From Candidatus Sigynarchaeum calidifontis (GTDB lineage: Archaea > Asgardarchaeota > Lokiarchaeia > Sigyniarchaeales > Sigyniarchaeaceae): DNA of 20,542 nucleotides. The translations under genes were made by a program, and so were the position numbers. Shown piece after piece: positions 7,612 to 16,697 of this stretch; position 1 is the first letter of the stretch, and every line of letters begins with the position of its first letter. Below the pieces are notes generated by a model. It worked only from the letters and a program-made list of their open reading frames with translations, was not told the origin of the DNA and did not search any database. The DNA lies in the NCBI GenBank assembly GCA_030587475.2, contig JAUQYZ020000187.1, positions 1-20,542 on the forward strand, read 5' to 3'.

Positions 7612-9618
7612 ATGTCTGAGAAAAAAAGAAATCCGGTCACCATCGTGCGCTTCTTGCTCGACTCGGCTCGCAAATACGCCGAGCTCGATTGCATGCGCTA
7701 TTTGAAGCGTGGTGAGTACGTCGGTATTACCTGGGAAGAAGTACTCGATGTCACTCGCTTGTTTTCGCTCGGTTTCCAGGCACTCGGTTTGCAAAAGCAC
7801 GGCCGCGTCGCGCTCATGTCCCACACGCGTTACGAGTGGCGGCTGGTCGACTACGGCATCATGTTCGCGGGCGGCACGACCGTCACCATATATCCTTCGC
7901 TCACATCGAGCCAGGTCGAATACATCATCAACGACTCGCAGAGCGGCATCATCGTGGTCGATAACGAGTCGAATCTCAAGAAAGCACTGAAAGCCAAGCC
8001 CAACTGTCCCGGTTTAAAGGCAATTATCATGATCGAGCCGGTGCCAGACGAGGCAAAAACACAAGGCGTGTTGTCACTCGACGACCTCGTCGCCCGCGGC
8101 GAGGACCTCGCGAGCCGGTCGCATCCGGTTCCCGTCCCCATGCAGAAGGAGATGACGCTTCTCAAGCGGCGGATAGCGAAGGGCAAGGGGGAGAAGGACT
8201 TGGACGGCATGCTGGCGCGCATGCATCATCTCGACCAGGAAATCGCGGGCGCGACTGGCGATCCATTCATCACCCGGTACCTCAGCGTGGAAGAAAAGGA
8301 CATCGCCACGATCGTGTACACGTCAGGCACGACGGGTGTACCGAAAGGGGCGCTCCTCACCCACTACAACATGGCATACAACTCGGTACAGACCGCGAAG
8401 GCCATCCCGATACAACAGCACGACATCACCTTGTCGTTTTTACCCCTTTCCCACGTGCTCGAGCGGCAAGTGAGCCAGTTCCTCGCGACCTATATCGGCT
8501 TCACGGTCGCCTTCGCTCGCGACACGGACTCGGTCGTCGAAAACCTCGACCAGATCAAGCCCACCTTCATCACGAGCGTGCCGCGCATCTACGAGAAGCT
8601 CTACAACCGCATCATGGCCGACGTCGCCGATAGCGAGACCAAGAAGAAGATCTTCGACCACGCGACCGACTGGGGCTGGGAATACCAGACCGCGGTGCAA
8701 AAGGGGGAAGAAGTGTCGCTGATGCTTGCACTCAAGAACACGCTCGCGGACAAGCTCGTGTTCGGCAAGATACGCGACATTCTCGGCGGCCGGCTCCGGT
8801 TCATGTTCTCCGGCGGCGCGGCACTCAACCCCGTGCTCGCCAAGTTTTTTTTCGCCGCCGGCTTCAAGATCATGGAGGGTTACGGGCTCACGGAAACGTC
8901 GCCCGTCCTCACGGTGAATCGCATCGACTCCATCCACATCGGCACGGTCGGCAAGCCAATTCCCGACACCGAAGTCAAGATCGCCGCGGACGGCGAGATC
9001 ATTTGCAAAGGACCCCAGGTGTTCCCGGGCTACTGGAACAAGCCGCAAGAGACCGCCGACGCGTTCGACGCCGAGGGCTGGTACCACACGGGCGACCTCG
9101 GCAAATTCACTGATGAAGGCGACCTCGTCATCACGGGACGCAAGAAGATGATCATCGTCTTGCGCACTGGCAAGAAAGTATCGCCCGTGGTCGTTGAAGA
9201 CGCAATCACGCTTGATCGCCACGTGGCACATGCGTGCGTGCTCGGGGACGATATGAAGTATCTAATCGCCATCATCGAGCCGAACTTCGAGTACCTCGCC
9301 GAGTGGCTGGAAAAGAATGGCCTCACCAAGCTCAAGCCCGACGATTTCAAGGTCTACAAGGGCATGACGAAGGATGAATACCAGGCCGTCATTGAGCGCC
9401 GGCGGAAGGTCATCGAGATGCCGGAAGTGATCGCCTTTTACGACCAGATCCTCAAGCAAACGCAAGCCAACCTGAGCGAGTTCGAACAAGTCAAGCGGTT
9501 CACCCTCGTGCCCGAGGAATGGAACGAGTACAACGTTCTCACGCCCAGCTTGAAGATCAAGCGCAAGAGCATCCTGGAAACGTACAAGAACGAGATCGCG
9601 AAGACCTACGTGGACTAG
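7612..9618 (+). CDS. Long-chain fatty-acid--CoA ligase (AMP-dependent synthetase, FadD15/Faa1-like, 668 aa)
   Basis: YTSGTTGVPKG, FLPLSHVLER, SVPRIYEK, SGGAAL, EGYGLTE, WYHTGDLG and LTPSLKIKR motifs. Confidence 0.93.
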   Translation: MSEKKRNPVTIVRFLLDSARKYAELDCMRYLKRGEYVGITWEEVLDVTRLFSLGFQALGLQKHGRVALMSHTRYEWRLVDYGIMFAGGTTVTIYPSLTSSQVEYIINDSQSGIIVVDNESNLKKALKAKPNCPGLKAIIMIEPVPDEAKTQGVLSLDDLVARGEDLASRSHPVPVPMQKEMTLLKRRIAKGKGEKDLDGMLARMHHLDQEIAGATGDPFITRYLSVEEKDIATIVYTSGTTGVPKGALLTHYNMAYNSVQTAKAIPIQQHDITLSFLPLSHVLERQVSQFLATYIGFTVAFARDTDSVVENLDQIKPTFITSVPRIYEKLYNRIMADVADSETKKKIFDHATDWGWEYQTAVQKGEEVSLMLALKNTLADKLVFGKIRDILGGRLRFMFSGGAALNPVLAKFFFAAGFKIMEGYGLTETSPVLTVNRIDSIHIGTVGKPIPDTEVKIAADGEIICKGPQVFPGYWNKPQETADAFDAEGWYHTGDLGKFTDEGDLVITGRKKMIIVLRTGKKVSPVVVEDAITLDRHVAHACVLGDDMKYLIAIIEPNFEYLAEWLEKNGLTKLKPDDFKVYKGMTKDEYQAVIERRRKVIEMPEVIAFYDQILKQTQANLSEFEQVKRFTLVPEEWNEYNVLTPSLKIKRKSILETYKNEIAKTYVD

Positions 9619-9634
9619 GCGGGGTGCTGGATTC

Positions 9635-12562
9635 ATGGCGAATACCAATCCAATCGACGAGCAATACTGGCGCGAGATCTGGGTGCTCCATGACAGCGAG
9701 AAGCGGATCGGGGTGCACCTCAAGCGGGAGCACGGCTTGCAGCTCTTCAAGATCTTGTTGCTCGCGGCGGTGCTGCTACTTTTCTTCTCGGTGCCGTTGA
9801 TTCCCGGGGCGCTCGTGGACGTGGACCTCGGGGGCAAGACCTTGACCCCATGCGAGGCGCTCACGTTCGAGGCATTCCGGCTCGATCCCGACATCTTCAA
9901 AGATATCACGACCGTGCGATCCGTCGCCGTCGACATGTATTATCACTTGTGCCAGTTCATTTACAAGTGGCTTGGATATGGCGGGGCGGCGTGCCTCGTT
10001 TACTGGGTGCTCTTCATCGACCCTTACAAGAAACTCCGTGGACGAAGGGGCTACCGCGAATATATCCAAGAGGTGGTCTACGAGAACCCGAAAAGTGCCA
10101 TGGTGTTCCTCAAGAAAACCTTGTCGGACAACAAGTACCGCTGGGCAGGCTTCTTCTACACGTGGTGCGTGGGCTGCGCACTGTGCTTGCTATTCGAGGC
10201 GCCGCAATGGACGTGGATCGCCCAGCACCAGTATTACTGGTTCAGCGCATCGCCATCGATCGTGCCGGTCGCGCTGATCCTTCTCTTGTTCATCAACGTG
10301 GGATTCGGCCTGGTCATCGGCCTGGCGAGGCCAAGGAGCCGATCGGGCTCTCGTGTCAAGACCGCGGCGCTCGCGGCCATCGCGGCATGCCTGTTTTTCA
10401 CGATAATCGTCTCCATTTTGAACGCAGGTCTACTTCGCGATTACGTGGTGAACTGGAACGCGTATTCCATCGGTTATCCGGAGGACAAGGTGGTCAAGGA
10501 CTACTTTATCAATTACACCATGCTCTTCTGGGCCCTCGGGATCGCGTTCTCGGCGCTCGGCGCGTGGCTGATGCCGCTCTGCTGCACGACCTACCAGAAC
10601 GCGCGGTTTCGTCGCATCATCGACAACACGTATCACGCGGTGACCGAGCGGCACGAGAACGCGTGGGAATACGCCCCGATACGAAAGAAACACGAGAAGG
10701 AGCGGAAACTCCGTGCATTCGTCCGGCGATCCTCGGCTTTCGAGTTGGCGTTCTTTTTCGGGCTCACGCTGCTCATGTTGTGGGGCTTTTACTTTTACTG
10801 GGGCCAGCTCGCCGGGAACGACACGATGATGTACATCGGCATCGGCGTGATGGCTTTCGAGGTCATCTGGGCGCTCTTCTTGTCGCCCGTGGTGCACCAC
10901 AAGATCGAGAAAAACATCACCTACCAGGGAAAGGGCGTCGCGTGGGTGCTGACCGAGGACAGGGGCATCGGATCGTGGCAGAAGTACTGGAAGGCAGTCG
11001 GCTGGTTCGAGAGCAAGGGCATCCCGGACGACCAGATCGAGCGGAAAAAGGCGCTCGACATCACGAAGCACATGGTCGTGTTCTTCGTCATCTTTGCGGT
11101 CTGCCTTCTCGGCAGCTCCAGCATCCTTAGCGAAATCCTGGCTGATGCACTCGGCGGGGGAGCATACAACTTTCAAACGACATTCGCCGTGGTTTTCTTG
11201 ATCGTCTCGATCTTTTATCTCATCGAGTTCGGCAGGCTGCGAAAGAACATCAAGCTTCGCAAGCGGGGCTTCGAACAAAAACGCGGGTACAGCGCGATAC
11301 TCGTTATCGCGATGGTTTCGGCTGTCACGGGCATCCTGGCTTGCGCGGTGCTGGCGCTCGATGGAATCGAGGTCGCATTCAATAACACGGATGCGTTGAT
11401 CAACGATGCGATCTACCCGCTCGCCCTCGTCATCTTGTTATTAATACTATACTATACGCTCGTCTGGCCACTTTGTATCCGGTTCAGCCCCGTCGTGTCT
11501 GACAGGAAATTCTGGAAAAATTGGAAACGAAAGCATGTCGACCGGTTACCCCCGGAAGAAAGAGCGCGCATCGTCCCTATCCGAAGATTTGTCTTTGTTC
11601 TCAGCCTCATTTTCGCGCTGTGGGGCTGCGGGGAGGGGATGGGCGAGGCCGCCGTGTACAACGCCGTGGCCCGCGCCATAGGTGTTCATCCAGGCTTGGT
11701 CACGAGCGCCATGGCGATTCTCTACATGGCCATCGCCCCGCTGCTACTCGTTTACAGCGTCAGGATCCTCAAGTTTAACGACCCGAAGGATCCCGATCGC
11801 GGCAAGAAGCGCATGTATGCCGCTCTCTTCGAGCTGTTCGCGGCGGGGCTCGTTATCGGGATCGCCTTCATTTTCGGGACGACGATCGATCGCAGTGCCA
11901 AGCCCACCGATCCCTTGTTCGGCTGGACGCACGGCGATGCCATCGCGTTCATGCTCTCCCCGTCGAACGCCTTGCAAGCGATCATATCATTTGTTGTTTG
12001 TGCATTGCTCTTGCTCGGCGTGGTCTATGGCCTCGTCCTCGTGTGCTATCCCATCTTCGTGCGGATGGACGACTTGTTCAAATCCATCCCGGATCTGCTC
12101 AAGATCATGTTTTTCGGCGTGGTGTTGCTCAGCGTCTGGAACTACCTGTGCGAGTGGTTGTTCACGACGCCGAGACTGCACTGGTCGTGGACGGCCGGGT
12201 TGGATCCGGTCAAGATGCGGAACGATTTCCTCGTCGGAAACTTCCTTGCCGGGGTCGGAGGATATTTTTTCTGGGGCTGGGTACAAGAGCTCCTCTTCCT
12301 GGGATATTTCTGTTGGCTACTTTACAAGATCCAGCCAAACAGGTGGATAAACGCCGCGATCTCCGGACTCTTGTTCTGCATGTTCCATTGGGATAACATC
12401 GCTTTAATGGTCGGTACAGGCATTGGTGGCTTCATGTGGGCACTCTGGTTTGGCGAGCGCCGCAACCTATTCATCTACGCGTGGCAGCACGGCTGGAACG
12501 GCACGCTGGTGAGCAAGCTCATCCCCATGTCGATGACCGTCGGCCCCGGCGCGCACGATTGA
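9635..12562 (+). CDS. Large polytopic membrane protein (975 aa) with a C-terminal CPBP (CAAX protease/Abi)-like domain, variant motifs
   Basis: Many hydrophobic segments. C-terminal WVQELLFLG / LFCMFH / RNLF...QHGWNG map onto the CPBP motifs EExxxR, FxxxH and HxxxN. GGGGTG RBS; starts 16 nt after the ligase stop. Confidence 0.8.
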   Translation: MANTNPIDEQYWREIWVLHDSEKRIGVHLKREHGLQLFKILLLAAVLLLFFSVPLIPGALVDVDLGGKTLTPCEALTFEAFRLDPDIFKDITTVRSVAVDMYYHLCQFIYKWLGYGGAACLVYWVLFIDPYKKLRGRRGYREYIQEVVYENPKSAMVFLKKTLSDNKYRWAGFFYTWCVGCALCLLFEAPQWTWIAQHQYYWFSASPSIVPVALILLLFINVGFGLVIGLARPRSRSGSRVKTAALAAIAACLFFTIIVSILNAGLLRDYVVNWNAYSIGYPEDKVVKDYFINYTMLFWALGIAFSALGAWLMPLCCTTYQNARFRRIIDNTYHAVTERHENAWEYAPIRKKHEKERKLRAFVRRSSAFELAFFFGLTLLMLWGFYFYWGQLAGNDTMMYIGIGVMAFEVIWALFLSPVVHHKIEKNITYQGKGVAWVLTEDRGIGSWQKYWKAVGWFESKGIPDDQIERKKALDITKHMVVFFVIFAVCLLGSSSILSEILADALGGGAYNFQTTFAVVFLIVSIFYLIEFGRLRKNIKLRKRGFEQKRGYSAILVIAMVSAVTGILACAVLALDGIEVAFNNTDALINDAIYPLALVILLLILYYTLVWPLCIRFSPVVSDRKFWKNWKRKHVDRLPPEERARIVPIRRFVFVLSLIFALWGCGEGMGEAAVYNAVARAIGVHPGLVTSAMAILYMAIAPLLLVYSVRILKFNDPKDPDRGKKRMYAALFELFAAGLVIGIAFIFGTTIDRSAKPTDPLFGWTHGDAIAFMLSPSNALQAIISFVVCALLLLGVVYGLVLVCYPIFVRMDDLFKSIPDLLKIMFFGVVLLSVWNYLCEWLFTTPRLHWSWTAGLDPVKMRNDFLVGNFLAGVGGYFFWGWVQELLFLGYFCWLLYKIQPNRWINAAISGLLFCMFHWDNIALMVGTGIGGFMWALWFGERRNLFIYAWQHGWNGTLVSKLIPMSMTVGPGAHD

Positions 12563-12583
12563 GAAAAAGGATGGTGAACGAAA

Positions 12584-14950
12584 ATGACACTCGAACTCAA
12601 GCAAATCGAACAGAACCTCGAAGACGAGCTCGTCGACGAAATTGGCCTCAAGGATTTCGAGGTCGATCGCATCAAGGAGCGATCGCGCCGCTATCTCGAC
12701 TCTCGGACACTCGAGACCGACCTCGCCCGAAGCAGTCGCATCATGGACATGTTTCTCGTCGGGCTCTCGGTATTTGTCTTCATCATGTGCGTGGCCTTCT
12801 GCTGGCTCATCCTCGGCATCTACCAGTTCGTGCTCGTGTACGTGGGCACGCAAGTCTTGATCCTCGCGTGGCGGTTCGTCCTCTCGCCCTTGCGGCACCA
12901 TGGCTTCACGTCGAAAGAATTGCTCGTCAAGTACCGCTGCTACCTCGCGCAAGAGAAGCAAATGAAGGCGTTTCTCAAGGACAACTCGCATGCGATCCTC
13001 GCCGTCCTCTACTTCATGGTCGATGTAATGGTGTTCTTGTCGTTTTTCGACATGCCGCGCATGCTCGTCCACTTGAACAACATGATCTATAACAGGGGTG
13101 AATTCCCGCTGTCGCTCGTGACCAGCATCGCCCCGGCGCTCGTGATCATCGGCTTCGTCGTGAACGTGCTCGGCGCCGCCATCATCGCCAAGTACCAGCG
13201 GAAGGAACGGGGCACGGGCCGGGTTATCGAGAACAAGAAGGCGACCATCTTGCTATCTGTCGCGGTCGGGGCATCCATCGCCGTGTTATTTGCCATCGGC
13301 ATCGCGTTTTCTACCGAGTTCACGAAATTCAACGAACCCGCTCCAGGCATCAACAATTTCCTCTACTACTTCGATCCGAATCAACCGATGTTCCGCGCTC
13401 GCGTGGTCATCTACACCTACTACTTTCTCGTCTACGCGGGGGCGGCCGTGCTCGCGCTGCTCATCATCTGCGGCTTGTCCGTCATGGAAACCACGATCAT
13501 GCTCGGCAAGCTCAACGCGCACTGGGATCGCAGCCCGCCCGTCGAGCGGAACTGGGAGTTCAAGGTCACCGCCCTCCGCCACGAGGAGAACAGGAAACTC
13601 AAGATCCGCGCCCGGAAATTTTCCCTCGGCGAGCTCCTCGTTCTATGCTTGCTCGCCATCGTTGCCATGTGGGTCTGCCTCAAGTGGGGGGGCGAGATCA
13701 TGGACATCGAGTGGATGAACTACGTCGGCTATGGGTTGCTCGGCATCATCGTGATCTGGGGGTTTATCATTTCGCCCATCTACCATGCCAAGAACGACGG
13801 CCAGTTCCACTACCCGACATCACGACAGAACGTCGCCTACGCGATGTTCGACGAGCGGGGGCTAGGCTCGTTTAAATATTACTACAAGAAAGTCTTCAAC
13901 AAGCAGCGCAGCCTCGTCGCGTGGACGCTGTATTTCTTGCTCATGCTCACGGCCGTGTTCAATTTCGACGAGATCGGCCTTTCCATGATGAACTGGAAAG
14001 CCATGTTCGAAAACCCGGCAAAAGTACCCGGGGGCGTGATCGTCGATTTCGTGGAGATGATCTCGGGCACGCCCCACCCATACGAGACCGCCTTGAGCGT
14101 CGTGCTCTTTGCAACGGCATTGAGCCTCGTCGCGTTCGTCGGTGCCCTGGGAAAGAAGAAAGAGGACTTTGGCGGCAGCGGGGCATGGTGCGTGTTCTTC
14201 AAGGTCGTCGTCGGCCTCATCGTGCTCGGTTGCTTTTTCTGGGTCACGAAAATCCCGCAGGTGACAAGCGTGGTCAATCTCCTCTCGATGGATTTCTTCT
14301 TGTCGCTCGGCTTGGTCGTCATGTTCTTTGTCGTGGCCATGATCGTCATTTTATTCGTCGTGATGCCGTGGATCATCAAGTTCGACAACCTCGGCGCGAC
14401 GAAACGCAAGATTATCGAGATACTCGTCATGACCGTCGTCCTCCTCGGGATCATCATCGGCATCTTCCATTTCGTGCTGCCGATGACGGACACGAGCGGG
14501 GCGAACGTGATCTACGGGTACCCGTGGGATATCGGCCCTGAAAACGAAGTGAAGGCGAAGCTAGATGCATTCGACCTCGGCGTGTTTCTCATGGAATGGT
14601 GCGGCCGGTACATCGCCTGGGGCGGCGTGCAGCAGTTCCTCTTCATGTCGATCTTCCTCACGCTCTGGAAAAAGATATTCCCGCGATCGAAGGGATACAT
14701 CGTCGCGGTCGGCACGTCGTGCATATTCGGGGTAATCCACGCGATAGATTGGCCGTTGATGATCTTCACGTTTATAGCCGGCTTATTCTGGGCGAAAGGA
14801 TGGCACGCCGAGTATTACGACCCGAAGACCGGCCGCGTCGTGCACGGCAACAACTTGTTCCTCTGGGGTTTCGTTCATGGCTTCGGCGGCTCGCTGCTCG
14901 GCATGTTGGCACCGTTCTCGCTCGGCGTTGGCCCCTTCAACATGGGCTGA
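12584..14950 (+). CDS. Large polytopic membrane protein (788 aa), paralog of the upstream gene, with a C-terminal CPBP-like domain carrying a QQ motif
   Basis: GVQQFLFMS / IFGVIH / NNLF...VHGFGG. Shares W..SP..H and (E/D)RG.GS motifs and a C-terminal P.S..VGP with 9635..12562. GGTGA RBS; 21-nt gap. Confidence 0.8.
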   Translation: MTLELKQIEQNLEDELVDEIGLKDFEVDRIKERSRRYLDSRTLETDLARSSRIMDMFLVGLSVFVFIMCVAFCWLILGIYQFVLVYVGTQVLILAWRFVLSPLRHHGFTSKELLVKYRCYLAQEKQMKAFLKDNSHAILAVLYFMVDVMVFLSFFDMPRMLVHLNNMIYNRGEFPLSLVTSIAPALVIIGFVVNVLGAAIIAKYQRKERGTGRVIENKKATILLSVAVGASIAVLFAIGIAFSTEFTKFNEPAPGINNFLYYFDPNQPMFRARVVIYTYYFLVYAGAAVLALLIICGLSVMETTIMLGKLNAHWDRSPPVERNWEFKVTALRHEENRKLKIRARKFSLGELLVLCLLAIVAMWVCLKWGGEIMDIEWMNYVGYGLLGIIVIWGFIISPIYHAKNDGQFHYPTSRQNVAYAMFDERGLGSFKYYYKKVFNKQRSLVAWTLYFLLMLTAVFNFDEIGLSMMNWKAMFENPAKVPGGVIVDFVEMISGTPHPYETALSVVLFATALSLVAFVGALGKKKEDFGGSGAWCVFFKVVVGLIVLGCFFWVTKIPQVTSVVNLLSMDFFLSLGLVVMFFVVAMIVILFVVMPWIIKFDNLGATKRKIIEILVMTVVLLGIIIGIFHFVLPMTDTSGANVIYGYPWDIGPENEVKAKLDAFDLGVFLMEWCGRYIAWGGVQQFLFMSIFLTLWKKIFPRSKGYIVAVGTSCIFGVIHAIDWPLMIFTFIAGLFWAKGWHAEYYDPKTGRVVHGNNLFLWGFVHGFGGSLLGMLAPFSLGVGPFNMG

Positions 14951-15054
14951 ATTATCCCCTATTTACTTTCGTCTGGTAATTTCCCGATCACGGGCGATGC
15001 ATCAGCTTCAAATGAACAGCGAACGAAGGTAAAATTAAAACTCGTCGTGTCGAA

Positions 15055-16521
15055 ATGCAAAAGTTGGACTTGCTTTTCATCCATCCCCCGCGAAACTACG
15101 AATACTTGAAGGCGAACCTCAAGAAACGTAGTTCTTACATGCTCATCCCCATGGGGCTCGTCGGATTGGCTGACCTGGCCGAGCGTGAAGGGTTTTCGGC
15201 CAAGATCTTGAATTACCCGCTCGAAAAAGCGCTGGATAATAACTTTTCATTACGATCGTACTTGACCAACCATGACCCGGGAATCGTCGGTGTTGACCTC
15301 CACTGGGTCGTCCACAGCGCTGGGGCGATCGACACGCTCATGTACGTCAAGAAGCACTTCCCGAGCGCGTTCACGCTGCTCGGCGGCTATTCCGCGACGC
15401 TGTATGCCAGGGAAATCATGGACACTTGTGATTTCATCGATGGCATCATCCAGGGGGATGCAGAAGTCCCGGTCATCCAGCTGCTAAAACACAAGAAATC
15501 TTTGGAAAGGATACCGAACTTGATCTATCGAGACAATGGTAGAGTGAAGGACAACGGCATAACATACGTCGCAAAGGAGATCAACTCGCTGAATTTCGCC
15601 AGGGTCAAGTTCATCGAGCACTGGAAGGAATACATAGAGACGAGCTTCAAGGCCATCCGGAACCCGTTCTCGATCGAGGTGGCGCGTGGCTGCCCGTTCA
15701 ACTGCATCTTCTGCGGCGGCTCCAGGTACTGCTTGCACCGCATGGCCAAGCGTGACGAAGTGATCTTCAGGTCGCCGGGCAGGGTGGTCGACGACATCAA
15801 GGAATTTCTCGACGTTAGCCCGGTCAAGACCATCTTCTACGGCCACGGGGTATACCCCACGACGGAATCCTACTTCATGGCGATCAACGAGTTGATCCGG
15901 GCCGAGAAGATCGATGTCCAGGCGGAGCTGGAAGCGTGGCGGCTCCCCGTGAGCAAGAAATTCATCGAGGACTTCGCGAAGACCTACGACCGGACCCGGT
16001 CGCTTTTCTGGTTCAGCGTCCGGAACTTTTCTTCGACATACAGGAAGAAATTCACGACGATGTTTGGAAAATTCGACGATTCGCTCGGGTTCTCCGATCA
16101 CCAGTTAGATGCGTTTATCCGCGATTGCCAAGACAACGGGCTAATAAACCTCTTGTTCTGGGACATCGGGTATCCCCACGAGACCCCGTCCGACGCGTTC
16201 CGGAACTACGCCAAGGCCGTGAAATTCATTTTACACCACGTGGGGAAGAAAGACCGGGTCGGGATAATAACGGAACCCATGCTCGTGTCGCCAGGGTGCC
16301 CCGCGGACTTGTTCGACACGAAGATGGGGTTGCAAGTGCGGAACAAGACTTTCAAGGAGCAACTCGCACTGAACCGGAACACCGTGATGCGGATCTCACC
16401 ATGGGACGTCGTTTCCGACTACAGGACGACGCACTTCTCGACGACCGCGCTCTATCTCATCAACAAGATCACGTGGTTCACCTACGGGTTCACGTTCCTT
16501 CCAATGTTCTTTTTTCAGTAA
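15055..16521 (+). CDS. Cobalamin-binding radical SAM protein (488 aa), resembling the Ta0216-type family
   Basis: N-terminal B12-binding Rossmann domain (LLFIHPP, PMGL, GVDLHW, LGGYSAT, GDAE) and the CxxxCxxC motif RGCPFNCIFCGG. Confidence 0.9.
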   Translation: MQKLDLLFIHPPRNYEYLKANLKKRSSYMLIPMGLVGLADLAEREGFSAKILNYPLEKALDNNFSLRSYLTNHDPGIVGVDLHWVVHSAGAIDTLMYVKKHFPSAFTLLGGYSATLYAREIMDTCDFIDGIIQGDAEVPVIQLLKHKKSLERIPNLIYRDNGRVKDNGITYVAKEINSLNFARVKFIEHWKEYIETSFKAIRNPFSIEVARGCPFNCIFCGGSRYCLHRMAKRDEVIFRSPGRVVDDIKEFLDVSPVKTIFYGHGVYPTTESYFMAINELIRAEKIDVQAELEAWRLPVSKKFIEDFAKTYDRTRSLFWFSVRNFSSTYRKKFTTMFGKFDDSLGFSDHQLDAFIRDCQDNGLINLLFWDIGYPHETPSDAFRNYAKAVKFILHHVGKKDRVGIITEPMLVSPGCPADLFDTKMGLQVRNKTFKEQLALNRNTVMRISPWDVVSDYRTTHFSTTALYLINKITWFTYGFTFLPMFFFQ

Positions 16522-16697
16522 ATTTTTCGCCACGGGACGGGGTTTTTTGCAAGATCGTGCCTTTATCCTTCTGGACGGGATCCTTTCGCTTCGGCCATTG
16601 CCGCGCGGGAAATGAAATGCCGAATAGTTCCAACTCGACAATTTAAATGCGCGAAAGGTACAATGGAAAAGCAGATTGATCATTCTTAGAACGAGGC

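Noticed and set aside
9850-11130. 426-aa alternative-frame ORF inside the first CPBP-like gene (similar ones at 6866, 11682, 13921 and 15936)
   Set aside because: Arg/Gly/His-rich shadow frames are expected from high GC3 codon bias. They have no motifs and overlap well-supported genes.
8440-11278. Long antisense ORFs (8440..9231, 9262..9936, 10430..11278)
   Set aside because: They are antisense mirrors of GC-biased coding frames with no recognisable domains.
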